Below, in pieces: positions 51,110 to 63,886 of a stretch of 64,000 nt of DNA (its first letter is position 1; each line of letters opens with the position of its first letter). Both the position numbers and the translations under genes were made by a program. Source of the stretch: Octopus bimaculoides (taxonomy: Eukaryota); assembly GCF_001194135.2 (NCBI RefSeq), contig NC_069000.1, positions 31,283,827 through 31,347,826 on the forward strand, read 5' to 3'. The notes beneath the pieces were generated by a model. That model ran no database searches. It saw only the letters and a program-made list of their open reading frames with translations, and was not told the origin of the DNA.

Positions 51110-52530
51110 TTATGGTACTGATAGCAAGCAAAGCGGTTACACACTGTAGTACCTCATAACAGCTATGTAATTTATGCTGCAATGTAGGTACATAGTAGGA
51201 GCTAGGTGGACTGTGTTACCTACAGACAGCTAAGCAGACAAGCACTTATTTCTAGCTAGATAGATTACATTGAATGCTTAATGAAAGCTTGATAGACTAA
51301 ACTTACTCTGACGCACCTACATATTGTAGACGAACTATAGTACATTATGCTACCAACGGACACATGGTGGGGGACTGTCTATACTATATACCTATTGAGA
51401 GCTAAGTGTAATAAACTACACCGTGGTACCTAGTAACATCTATGAGGACTGTACTGCGTTGTGTTACCTACAAATGGTTGGGAGAACTATGCTGCCCTCT
51501 GTCACCTACTGACGTGGAATAATGTGGTACCTACGGATCGCTAGATTGCTTTGTGGTACTTAAATATTATAGACAGCCTGTACATCAGAGTGGTATCTAC
51601 TGACAGTCAAGTGGCCTACACTACTGTGGTGCTTTCTGAAAGCTATGTGGATTATACTCCATGCTGGTAACTAATTACTGTGGATGGACTCCATGCTGTT
51701 ATATCTACTTACGTTTGTAGAATACATTTCATTTAGTAAAGTACACTATACCGAACTGAAAGATGGTCAGCACAGTTTATAAAATATATGGCCTTATTTC
51801 ACTGTGATACCTACTTCATAACTATAATGTCATCTGCAATTATGTTGACAGTAACATACTATAGTGATTAATGACAGTGGCACCTCACTTCATTATCTAC
51901 GCATATTTGTATAATCTGTAACTTACGCACTTTGTACATACTTGTAGATATATGTATGTTAATGTGCTGTCAAATTACAACCATCTGGACTGTTCTTTAA
52001 TGGTTTCCCACATTAATGTAGTAGTTACTGATATCTAAGTGTGGTGTATTTGTTTAAGATATTTACTTACACGTTGTTGAACTGTACCTCATTTTATTTA
52101 TTTCCAGTGAAGTGGACACTGTCATATTGTGGCACCAACTTGCAGTTACTTCGACTGTACCTCATTATGGTACACACCCCCAGCTCGGAGAATTGTAGCT
52201 CACCGTGATGACCAGGTGTATTAATTTACTACTATGATACCTGTTTACAGCTAGTGAGAAGACACTTAAGTACATTTTTACGGATACCAGTTTACAACTA
52301 AGTAGATGTGACTCGTTTACACGTACTACGGACAAAAGACTTTTACTTTAATACGGTACCTACTTATAGCTAGGCCCGGGTTTCTGCACAATGGTACATA
52401 CTCACAATTAGATAAACTGTAATTCACAGTCGAACCTTCTTAAATCTAGATGGACTGTACCTCATTGTGGCTTATACGTATAGCATGAAACGCTATTTCT
52501 GATTGCTGTACCTATATATAGCTAGACAGT
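51110..52530. repeat. cryptic, highly diverged ~36-38-bp minisatellite
   Basis: A GTGGTACCTAC-like core recurs at 51423, 51461, 51499, 51524, 51553, 51590, 51626 and 51664, and again at ~52230-52520. Rough consensus GTGGACTGTACTnnACTGTGGTACCTACTGACAGCTAG. Confidence 0.6.
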
Positions 52531-52563
52531 GACTTCAGTGCTTTAATGAGGCATCATCTATGT

Positions 52564-53036
52564 CGGTAGTTCTTAACCGGGGTCTATATGGCTCCTGAGG
52601 GTCCACGTAACAAAATAGTAAATTTGGGATCCACAATAGTATTTTAAAGGTCCTTGAAAAAATTTGCTTCCGCAGCATGGATTAGTATGTATTTCAAGAA
52701 ACAGTGAGGTTTCTTTTTTCCATCCTCTTACATAGTTCGACCCTTTTACATAGTTCGACCCTTTTTCATAGTTCGACCCTTTTTCATAGTTCGACCCTTT
52801 TACATAGTTCGACCCTTTTACATAGTTCGATCCTTTTACATAGTTCGACCCTTTTACATAGTTCGACCCTTTTACATAGTTCGACAGGTTATTGTGTGAA
52901 GAAAAAAAAAAAAGAAGACAAATTTTGAAAGAAATTTCTATAAAACTAGTTTTTAATTATCGAATAGCTATGGGGGCCCATTAGAATAAAATAATAATCA
53001 AAGGAGTTCAAAGATAAAAGCGGTTGAGAATCCTTG
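52564..53036. mobile_element. hAT/Charlie-like MITE
   Basis: The ends CGGTAGTTCTTAACC and (reverse complement) CAAGGATTCTCAACC both resemble the CAGTGGTTCTCAACC-type TIR. The 8-bp flanks ATCTATGT and GTTTACAT match at only 4 of 8 positions. Confidence 0.55.
52728..52885. repeat. 18-bp tandem repeat, ~9 copies
   Basis: CATAGTTCGACCCTTTTA starts at 52731, 52749, 52767, 52785, 52803, 52821, 52839, 52857 and 52875. Confidence 0.97.
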
Positions 53037-54019
53037 GTTTACATGTTTGTTTGATTTCAACTGATTTTCCTTCAAAATGCATTTGTTAAGATAAAAATCG
53101 AGAAGTTCAAGGCTGGACTACGGTTTATCATAGTCAACCAGTTAAGATCCGATCGAGGGTAAAACTACTATAACATTCTTAAGCTCCAAATCATGTCTAG
53201 GTGGGTGCTGCGAGGCTATTTAAGTTTAGAGTAAGTATCCTGATCAGTGATACAAAGCCTCAATTATTGTACAGGCGAGATATTCACGTCAGCTATAAAC
53301 TATGATCTCCTCGTGACCAGGATGTCTGCTTCCTCATACTAAATATAATGTGATAGTGCTAACGTTCATCCACACCAAAGGGACTCACCAATATCGACAT
53401 GTGACTGGCACATGGCTCATATTAGCCATTCGCAATTTAAAAAAATGAAAAGCAGGAAAGAAAAGGAGGAGACAAATGTGTGTCAGTCGGACCAACAACC
53501 ATATTGATCACTCATTTCACCCTTCCCCCACGTAGTTCACCATTAGCTACGGCCATGACGGTGATGACGTCAGAGAAACCCTGCCATTTCCTGAGTCGAT
53601 GTCAAACAGACGAAACAGTATCAAGCAAAAAAATTACCATTATCCCCCACCCCCACCAGCATTGACAACAACAGTTGCAATGGACATCTTCAACTATGAC
53701 GACAATAATAACACTACTACCACCAGCAACAAGAGAGCAAAGTCAACTAAAACAATAACGAACATCAGTAAATCCTAGCAGAACGACAATAACAACAGCA
53801 ACCCATCACTTAACAACTGACACTAGTAACAAGAACAACAACATCAAATTTGACAGCAAGAACATCAACTCTGAAATATCCAAAAGAACAACGTCAACAG
53901 CAAAAATAGGAAAGCAGAGACAAAACAGCAGCTGCAACATCAACATTATGGAGACCGAGAATTGCGTGGTGCTTGAGTGTATGGGTGTATGAGCACGTCT
54001 ATCAATGCGTGTGCGTGTG

Positions 54020-54055
<36 letters not shown>

Positions 54056-54234
54056 CGTGTGTGTGTTCGTGTGTGTGTGTTTGTGTGTGTGTGTGTGTTG
54101 AGTTTAAATCTAATACTTGTACTTTTTGAAAATGTGAATGTTGCCAGATTGCAGTCGTTGTAATCCCCTTGGTTCATCGATATATTGTTCGTATAGAACA
54201 GATTCGAGACAATTTTAAAGAAATTATTATCATT

Positions 54235-54296
<62 letters not shown>

Positions 54297-54779
54297 TATT
54301 ATTATTATTATTATCATTTACGTTGTCATTCAAAATAATCGTTGATATGCTCAAAATAATTTGTGCTTTTCTTTCTCCTGTTCAATGTTCATTAGTTTCC
54401 TTTAACTTAGAAGTGTTTACTCTATGGCGTATCTTTTCTGTCGGCTTTGTTTTGCGGTATTGTTTTCATTGTTTTCAGTTTTTGTTTTTGTCTTGAGGAG
54501 TATAGCGTGATGGTCTAATAGACCTTTCGACGTGAAGATGTCGTCAAAGTATCAAAACAAAGGAAATATAAGGACTGTGAAGACAATGGTAGTTTTGTCT
54601 AAGAATGGGTATTGGAAGCAGACACGTAGGAATACCTGAAATCCTTATTAGCGAATACTTCAATGAGAACATTTTTGTTTGGTGATGTTTGAAATAAGTC
54701 TTGGTCAAAGTGAAAGAAAACACGATTAAATGGTACGACAGGCAAATCACAACCACAATAATGAAAATAGTTTCTAATT

Positions 54780-54960
54780 TAGGCACAATGCCAGCAATCG
54801 ATGCTATCGATCATAGTACTTCACTGGTAGATTGTTTTATCGACCATGAAATAATGAAAGGCAAAGTTGAATGTAATGGCATTCTGAACCCAAGACCGCA
54901 AATACTTAGAAACTGCAATTAATTCTTTTCTGACGCTTCAATGATTCTGTCAGTTCACTG
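54780..54960 (-). mobile_element. SINE family B, degenerate
   Basis: ACTGGTAGATTGTTTTATCGACCATGAAATAATGAAAGGCAAAGTTG. Confidence 0.6.
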
Positions 54961-55521
54961 GAGGCCTGAAATGATCTCACTTTCAACTTGTATTCATCAT
55001 GGACGGACTTTGCAACTTGAAAACAATTTAGATTCGAAATTAGTTATATATATATATATATATATANNNNNNNNNNNNNNNNNNNNNNNNNNNNNNNNNN
55101 NNNNNNNNNNNNNNNNNNNNNNNNNNNNNNNNNNNNNNNNNNNNNNNNNNNNNNNNNNNNNNNNNNNNNNNNNNNNNNNNNNNNNNNNNNNNNNNNNNNN
55201 NNNNNNNNNNNNNNNNNNNNNNNNNNNNNNNNNNNNNNNNNNNNNNNNNNNNNNNNNNNNNNNNNNNNNNNNNNNNNNNNNNNNNNNNNNNNNNNNNNNN
55301 NNNNNNNNNNNNNNNNNNNNNNNNNNNNNNNNNNNNNNNNNNNNNNNNNNNNNNNNNNNNNNNNNNNNNNNNNNNNNNNNNNNNNNNNNNNNNNNNNNNN
55401 NNNNNNNNNNNNNNNNNNNNNNNNNNNNNNNNNNNNNNNNNNNNNNNNNNNNNNNNNNNNNNNNNNNNNNNNNNNNNNNNNNNNNNNNNNNNNNNNNNNN
55501 NNNNNNNNNNNNNNNNNNNNN

Positions 55522-55577
<56 letters not shown>

Positions 55578-56344
55578 ATTGATAGATAGATAGATATACA
55601 CACGCACACCAACGTCGAGTGCCTGACGTCTAGCGTGTCATTGGGGGTTCTTACCTACTGTGCCAGCCGGATAACTGGATTAGTGGAAGTACTACACCAG
55701 CAGGCAATCTACAAATGATTGGTAATGGGAAAATGTGAAAATCTTTTCTGAAAAGATTCGGGCACTGACGAAAGCGTTCAATGATCGGGTACTATTGTCG
55801 ATAACTTTCAGAAGTCCTTGGGCTGGCAGCGACCCCAGAGCCACTTCTAGTTCGAGATTATGTATAGAGGCACAGAAGTGCCGTTAGGCTGGCTTCCCAG
55901 AGATGCGTCCAGACCGATGAAACTATTCTGCATGGACTCCTTCAGTGTCAGAACATTGCTAGCTTGTGCAGTCATGTTGAACAACTACTTATTGTATGTG
56001 AAATGAATCGGCTGTCAACCGAGTCCATTGTTCAGAGAAGGTAGTTTTTTCTCTTTCTCGCTAGTAAGAGAAATTTTGTGATAGACAAAACAGTAATGTC
56101 CGTGGACAGTCACATCCCAATTTGGTCGAGTGCTGGTTGACTTCAAATGCCACTTGAAAAATATGAGGTGTGGTTTCTAAGTGAATTCATTAAAAAGTTT
56201 GTGAGAGTTGCGAAAATAGCAAAAGTAGATGGAATTTCCAAAGTATATGCCTCTGTATAGGAAATTGACTGTTGGAGTAGGCATTTGCTCATGGTGATGA
56301 GGATGATCTTGAATCTACACGTTCCTCAATTCGTCATAGTGTCC

Positions 56345-57300
56345 ACATTCGTAAGTTATGGGGTTTTGTCTATTTGTCCGCATATATTTTGATTACACCA
56401 AAAGTCACCATTATCATAGGGTTCGTTTCTGTTTTCAGGTCCCACATTAGAGTTATCTCTGTTTCTGATCTTTGTAGTTTCTCCATTTCTTTTAGAGATA
56501 CAGTGTCTTGTTGTTTTGGTCTGATATATCGATTTCCTCATTTTCTAACTGCTTCCTATTCTTTCCATTTATGTTTTTGTTTGTGCAGTTTTAGTTTAGT
56601 ATTTTTTAGTCATTATTGTGCAGTCGTAGGCGTTAGGTTTGTCGCGATTCGTTATTTATTTATTTTCTACTGCGCTTGTTAATTCTGCGTCCGTATAACC
56701 GTATAATACATTCTAGGTTCTTAAATTGTCGTTAGGTATTCTGTGATCATTATTTGTGTTTCCATTATGAATTTTTCTTTTTATTGTTTTATTTCGGTTT
56801 CTGATATTTTGTTTCTTTTAAACTTATCTAGTTTGGAGGGGCTCAACAATATATCTAGATCTGGTTTATTTTTCTTTCAAACTTTCTACGAATATCCGTC
56901 GTATCTTCGCTTTGTGGACAGAGTGTCGCTGTACAATAAGCACGCAGAATAGAAACATCGTCCACCTGCATTCATTTATGATTTTTCTCTCTTTCCGCTT
57001 TATTTGCAAAACTTCAGTAAATTCTCACTCTTTATTTAGATTATCATAAGTCTTATAGTGAACCGATGCACTCATTTCTGGTGTTGGAGAAGTTTGAACG
57101 CGTAATTTTCTTTCATATTTTGTGCAGTATATGCAAAGTTCGCAGATCCAGATTATTATACATGTGATGAATACTATTTGGATTATGGGTACTATTTGGA
57201 TAATTCTCCATTTCTTGTGCTTTATGGTGAGTACAGAGGCAGTCTTTTGTCGATAAAATGAACCATACTCCGGTGATCGTGTTACATGTGTTATGAGAAT
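56345..57300 (-). mobile_element. R4/Dong LINE relic: N-terminal region joined to the RLE C-terminus (RT absent)
   Basis: At ~56345-56540 EMEKL..KD....TLMWDLKTETNPMIMVTFGVIKIYADK; at ~56890-56960 KAKIRR-like N-terminal motif. Confidence 0.55.
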
Positions 57301-57503
57301 GTTGCATATTGTAAACACTTGTAATACATTATTTACTGGTGGTACATAAGAATAATTTTTATATTACTTATTCAGTTATGGCTGAACATTTTGTCAGTGT
57401 TATTTTTTTGTTTCATTTGTTGTTTTATTCCTAATATGATTGGATTGGTTTCAGAGCAATATTATAGCGCCTTAACATGTTGAACGTTCTCCAGTTTTAT
57501 TAC

Positions 57504-57618
<115 letters not shown>

Positions 57619-57982
57619 ATGTTAGTAGCATTAGCTATTGCTGTTGATAACTGTTTTTGAAATATTTTTAGAAATTCATAGAATTCCCAAAAAGAATAAA
57701 AAAAAAGTAGCTTTTGTTGTAAAATCGATATAGCGATTATTGCCAATCACAACTAAAATTATTTTAAACTGTGCTTTTTTTAAAATTCTTTACTTGCAAC
57801 GTTCCATTCATTATACATCCTCCTGGCAAATATATTATAAAATCGTTCAAATACTTCGTGGTATCGAGTTGTGTCTCTGTATGACAATGAGGAAATTAGC
57901 CATTCGATAAAAATAAGCATTCAGAGAGGCATCATCTGCTGTAAAGCAGTAAGAGAATAACAAAGAGAGAAAGAAAGAGAGA

Positions 57983-58041
<59 letters not shown>

Positions 58042-58208
58042 GTATGGGGGAGAGAGAGAGAGACAGAGAGTGGGAGAGAGAAACAGAGAGCGAGAGTGAG
58101 AAAGTAAGAGTGAGAGAGAGAAAGAGAGATAAAGAAACGGAAGGAGAAAGTAGCAGAGTGTGAAGGAAACGTATACTTGTTATTTAGCCTCAGGTTAAGC
58201 TTGAATAA

Positions 58209-58603
58209 GTGGAGGCGCAATGGCCTAGTGGTTAGGGCAGCGGACTCGCGGTCATAGGATCGCGGTTTCGATTCCCAGACCGGGCGTTGCGAGTGTTTAT
58301 TGAGCGAAAACACCTAAAGCTCCACGAGGCTCCGGCAGGGGATGGTGGCGAACCCTGCTGTACTCTTTCACCACAACTTTCTCTCACTCTTACTTCCTGT
58401 TCCTGTTGTGTCTGTAATTCAAAGGGTCAGCCTTGTCACACTGTGTCACGCAGAATATCCCCAAGAACTACATTAAGGGTACACGTGTCTGTGGAGTGCT
58501 CAGCCACTTGCACGTTAATTTCACGAGCAGGCTGTTCCATTGATCGGATCAACTGGAACCCTCAACGTCGTAAGCGACGGAGTGTCAACAACAACAACAA
58601 CAA
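58209..58603 (+). mobile_element. SINE family A, full length, with a 9-bp TSD
   Basis: A box TGGCCTAGTGG, B-box-like GGTTTCGATTCCC, (CAA)n tail. CTTGAATAA occurs at 58200-58208 and 58605-58613. Confidence 0.95.
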
Positions 58604-59134
58604 TCTTGAATAAACAAAGTAGTCTTATGATCAAAGACATTCCACCGCTGACAGTCCCATCTGTATGTTTATCTCGGAGCAGGTTCTCCAATGTGTTATT
58701 CCTGCTCGAAGTAGACAGGGTATGATTTGAAAGAATCTGGTTGCTATGTCTAGCAGGTCAAGCTATAGCATTGAGCTCCTGGATTGCAATGTTTAGTTTG
58801 AAGTCTTTATAGTTTCTGAGTTCGAGTCTGGCTAATGCTAACTTTGCATTATATTTTTCAGAGTCCAATAACGGTCACTCACTGAGATCAATTGAAGCGC
58901 CCGGTTTCCCCACTTCCAAAGCAAAATAAAAGTTTGAAGACTTGTACCCAAGTTAGAAACCATTATTATTATTATTATCATCATTCTTTTAACTCAGATT
59001 TTGTTGGAAATCATGGAGTCTTGCATGAGTAGAGGGCTTGCTACATGCAGCCTACATCATGCTGTCTGTTTTCTTCAACTATCTAATACTTTTCTGATGA
59101 TTCTGGCTGTGCACAGGAAACAAATTATTTCTAC

Positions 59135-59290
59135 TAAGGTGGCAGAAAAAATATGCTTAGCGGCATTTCTTATGAATCTTTTCGTTTTGAGATCAAACGC
59201 CGATGTAGTCGACTTTGCTTTTCACCCATTCGGGGTCGATACAATGAAGGACCAGTCGAGTGCGGGTTCATATAATCGAATAGACTTCGC
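59135..59290 (+). mobile_element. SINE family B, degenerate
   Basis: GTCGACTTTGCTTTTCACCCATTCGGGGTCGATACAATG. Confidence 0.65.
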
Positions 59291-59561
59291 GACCAGTCGA
59301 GTGAACGGGACTGCTCTGAACAAACACCTGTAAATTGTGGGAGGAAAATGGGGAGAAGGCACTTAATCTAGTGGTCAGGGTGATCGTGGTTTTGTGGGGT
59401 TTCCACGAGCAGTCTTAGGAAGCCTTCAATTTTGGAGAATTACTCATTGTGTGATATTCCGTCCCTTTTCTTTTTTACACACCTGCATGTAATCTCACAT
59501 TGTCGTGTATTGTATCGTTATGTACTGACATCAATCTTTTTGTAATACCTTAATGGTGTAA

Positions 59562-59599
<38 letters not shown>

Positions 59600-59604
59600 C
59601 ATTA

Positions 59605-62100
59605 CTCAGTAGTTTTATTTTTATAGCGTGCTTTTACTTCACTACCGAGCGCAGCTCTGTGTGCCTTGGGTATGTGCTGTGGTTTGCTGTGATGCTGTTA
59701 TGGTTACTGTATTGAGTGTGTTTTGCGTAGGATGTGTGCTGTGCCCAGTAGCGCAATTTTCTGTATGTTATATATATTTGTAAGTCCTGGTGTTTTTGTT
59801 ATGTATTTGTCTGACTATACATTGTTGTCAGCTTGGCATGCTATATCTATGATCCAGCATCGTTTGCTTTCTTTCTCAATTAACACTATGTCTGGTTTCC
59901 TATTCTTTATCTCATGATCGCAATGAATAATAAAATCCCAGAGGATCTTTTATCATTTTCGATGATGCCTTCGGGTTTGTGGTCGTACCAATTTTTGATC
60001 TATCAAGTCCATACTTGTTGCAAAGTGTCCAATGGACAAGCCTTGTTATATTGTCGTGGCGTCTGTTATATTCCTTCTGGGCTAGTGGCGTACATTGACT
60101 GGTAATATACCTTTTTGTCCACAGATTCTGCACTTATCACTTTCTGATGTGTTGTCTATTCTGTATTTTATGTAGTTTGTTCTTAGTGCTTGCTTTTGGG
60201 CAGCACAGATTAGAGCCTCCGTTCCCGGTTTTTATATCACTTTTAGTCATCCACAGCTATTTCTTTCTCTGTTTTATCTTCAACATCCCTATAAAATTGT
60301 TCATGAATTTCCCCTGCACATTCCATAGTCTCTGTAACTCAATGGCTAGGACCTGGTACTTTGCTATTTTCTCTATACCTCATCATTTGAGACTGTAAAA
60401 TCAATTATCTGGTACTTTCTTTTCTCTTTGACTACAACTACTGAACCAGGCATTCTAGCTTCTATTACTGTGTCAGTCCGAATGTTAAAGTCCTACAACA
60501 TGTTATATTTCTTACTATCTAGTACTTTACTAGGTTCATGTTCATATCATTTATCAGTATGGTCGAATCCTAGCTTTCTACATAACTCCCAGTCGATTAT
60601 TCTCCCTATGTTGTCATACCTTTTCTTGTACACTTTCTGAGCCAGCATACTACATTCATATGTGTAAAACTTTTGTGTTTTGATTTACACTGCGAATCTA
60701 CCTAGGTTTTGTTTATCTTGGCTTTTATCCAATTAGTCCTCAATACTTGATCTTAGGCTGCTACTAACAAACTTTCTATCTCTCTTTTTAACCTGGTGTG
60801 TGTCTATACCATCTTTTTTCTGTTGTTATTCCATAGTTTTGGTATAGCTTCCAGTGTATATAGGTCCCAACTCTGTCGTGTCTGTGAACATATTCCTTCT
60901 TGGCCAGGACTGTGTAGCTAGAGACAATATGATTTATTGTTTCTTATCCATCTTCATATATTCTGCAGTTGTATTTCTTTTCATTACATGATTTTGGCGA
61001 TTTCTGGTGGGAAGGCTTTGATCTTGTGCTGCAATTAAAAATCCTTCAAGTCTTTGCTTTGAGTCATGAGCTTCTCAGTCGTTGTCGTGATTTTGCTTTG
61101 TTTATTTCTTTTCTGATTAATTTAACCCAATATTTGCCGTGTAGGGGCTTTTCTTGCTATCGTTTTATCATGATCCGTTGTTGTTCCGGTTTTACTTTGG
61201 AAATCAGTTGTTTTACAGCTTTTGTTGTTTCCTCTTTTTCTTCATAGTTGTTAGGCACTATGACCTCCTTTTTGTATTTGTCAGCTTCCCTAAAGACTAT
61301 AAACAGTTTCGTGTTTTGTTCATGTTTTGTGGCTATTTGTATTAGTTTTCTTTATTTCTGAAGTAGGTATTTCAGTAGTCCTATAGCGGTTATTTTGTAA
61401 TGGTTTTCTAGCTGTAGAAGGCCTCTACCATCTTCTATACGTTGTTTATATAACCTTTCTACGTCAGATTTTGGGTGGTGCTTCCTAAATCCTGTTGTTA
61501 TTCTTCTTGTCTTCCTGTATATTTTGATTAGTTGATTTAGTGTCAAGTTAGGGATATTGTAGCTGTAACTTATAACTGGGACAACTGGGGTGTTGATACC
61601 TATTATCTTGTTTTTCGCATTGAGCTCTGTTTTCAGTATTAATTTAACTCATCTATAGTATTCTTTTCTCATCTATTTCATTTGTGTGTGTTGTAGAGTA
61701 AATAGTTCATTGATTCATAAGTATTTGTATCTGGCTTTGGTGTAATTCTCTTATCTCATTTGCTTTACCTAGTGTGATGTTGCTACTCTTAACTAATTTT
61801 CTTTTCAAGTTTGCTCGGGTACAATTTTCTAAGCCAAATTTCATGTTTATTTCTTTGGTAAATCCATGTACTGTCTGTAGTAATGTTTCCAGCTGTTTAT
61901 CATTTGTAGCGTACAGTTTTAGATCAACCATATATAAGAGATGGCTGATTGTTTTGCCGTAACAGTTGTATCCACATCCAGTTCTGTTTAGCATGTCAGA
62001 TAAAGGTGTCAGCGCTAAGCAGAAAAGGAGTGGAGAAACCGTGACTCCCTGGAATATTCTTTTTGTAATGGGGATGACTTTGTTTTTTATGAGCACTGTC
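59605..62100 (-). mobile_element. chimeric R4/Dong LINE: RT segment followed by three successive CCHC-region modules, one 3' end and an (AAT)n tail
   Basis: IFQGVTVSPLLFC..SHLLYMVDLKLYA..FGLENC; KHHPKSDVERLY..GRGL; three knuckle regions (~60960-60800, ~60790-60320, ~60310-59830); QKIALLGTAHILRKTLSIQ*; (ATT)n at 59562-59599. Confidence 0.9.
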
Positions 62101-62141
62101 TAGCATTTATTCATGGAATGTTTTATATATATTTAAGATTT

Positions 62142-62232
62142 CTTCTTCTTCTTCTTCTTCTTCTTCTTCTTCTTCTTCTTCTTCTTCTTCTTCTTCTTCT
62201 TCTTCTTCTTCTTCTTCTTCTTCTTCTTCTTC
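62142..62232. repeat. (CTT)n microsatellite
   Basis: Seen directly; source of the poly-K ORF. Confidence 0.95.
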
Positions 62233-62293
62233 TCATTACTATTAATATTTGACGACGAGCTGTGTTTTGAATTGTTTATATTTTTACTTCTAA

Positions 62294-62510
62294 GGCGACG
62301 AACTGGCAGAAACGTTAGCACGCCGAGCGAAATGCTTAACGGTATTTCGTCTGTCTTTACGTTCTGAGTTGAGATTCCACCGAAGTCGACTTCGCCTTTC
62401 ATCCTTTCGGGGTCGATAAATTAAATACCAGTTGCATATTGGGGTCGATCTAATCGACTGTCCCCCTCCGCAAAAATTTCGGGCTTTGTGCCTAGAATAG
62501 AAATGTATAT
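62294..62510 (+). mobile_element. SINE family B, full length
   Basis: Closely matches 6050-6267. Confidence 0.92.
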
Positions 62511-63804
62511 TTTTCACTTCTGTTTGTTTACATGCAGATGGCGATCGTCCATATAGCAGTAGTAGTCCTGCCACACTATTATTGTTTGTGTTTCAGTTGT
62601 CCTTGATGCTTATTGCAGTTTTCTCGAGGGAAGAATCTACTGGTCTTTTCACACATTTATTCGTTGTGTTTATTTTATGACCAATAGTGCACGTAAGAGC
62701 AACATATATTTTCTCAAAGAAGGTCGTTTGCAAGCGCCATTCCTTCTGTTCTGAAATTTTAATAACTGGGATATCTTAGATTCTACTAGCTCTTCATCTG
62801 CTTCGTGTAACCGACTGAGATATTTGCTCTAGACTTTCGTTAAACTAATACAAGTCTTAAACCAATTCAAAAGTCTATTAGAATTTCTTTTGATAGTTTC
62901 GCGACCTGCAATAAGAGATGCCACTTTCCTGAAATGCTAAGATGTATACAGCAGTAATTTAGTAATTTACATATCAAGTTTCAAATTAATCTCACCAGCT
63001 GATTGCAGCTACTCTCTTATGTTGAAAATGTACTTCAATGCATTTATCCGAAGATATTTTTTGAAAAAGAAACTAATAAGAACATATGCATGTATGTATG
63101 TTTTCATGTTCCAAAGATATCAATATCGGTGAATAATATATCTGTAAAAGTATTACTGGTGTATAGAACAAATAATTTGTAGTATTTTCTTTTTTTTTGT
63201 GAAAATTGCAAAAGCACTTCCTTGATGCCCTCGCCATAAGAAATGGAGTGAACTAGTGATTAGTCTACTCGAAACTAACGAGCGTAGTGTTCAGAAAATT
63301 CATGAAATATATAATAAAAAGACAATCTGTACATGCCATGTGTTCGAAAGTCGGCTTTTTATATTACCAGTGTCAATGAAATAAATCGATTCTCTGTAAT
63401 TGTAAGACCTGTAGCCTTATGCCAGGAAGAAATCATTTAAGAAATTGTGGGGATGTAGAATCGATAAAACAATTAAGCGACTTGCGGGATTGAATCACAG
63501 ATATTACATTACGTACTGAGTTCATTTCCGGCTAAGATCGACCTTGCTTTATCCGTCCTGGATCGATAAAACACACGTCAAGATATGTTATTATTCTTGT
63601 ATTTTTCCTTTCCGTCGCCCTTGTGGCAAATGAAGTAACTATTATTATAATTCTGTTTATTGCTGTCAATATACACTTCATATTAACGAATTAAAGTAAA
63701 ATTACTGAGAATAAGGTGATGAATAATTATAATACAAATTACGATTATTTTTAGTACTTTCAGCGTTGACAAACACATCGTCCTCGTTGTCATCACCATC
63801 GTCA

Positions 63805-63807
63805 CCA

Positions 63808-63866
<59 letters not shown>

Positions 63867-63886
63867 TCCTCCTCCTCCTCCTCCTC
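63805..63886. repeat. (TCG)n(TCC)n microsatellite
   Basis: Seen directly. Confidence 0.9.

Noticed and set aside
52728-52885. CRISPR-like array
   Set aside because: Contiguous 18-bp units with no unique spacers and no cas genes, in a eukaryotic context. The 51.1-52.5 kb repeat fails for the same reasons.
9295-55612. Long ORFs in the track rich in X, IY, CV, HT, RE or LS
   Set aside because: They are translations of N-gaps and dinucleotide microsatellites.
58209-58290. tRNA gene
   Set aside because: The tRNA-like head continues into a 300-bp repeated body with a tail and TSD, so it is a SINE. The same holds for the other SINE heads.
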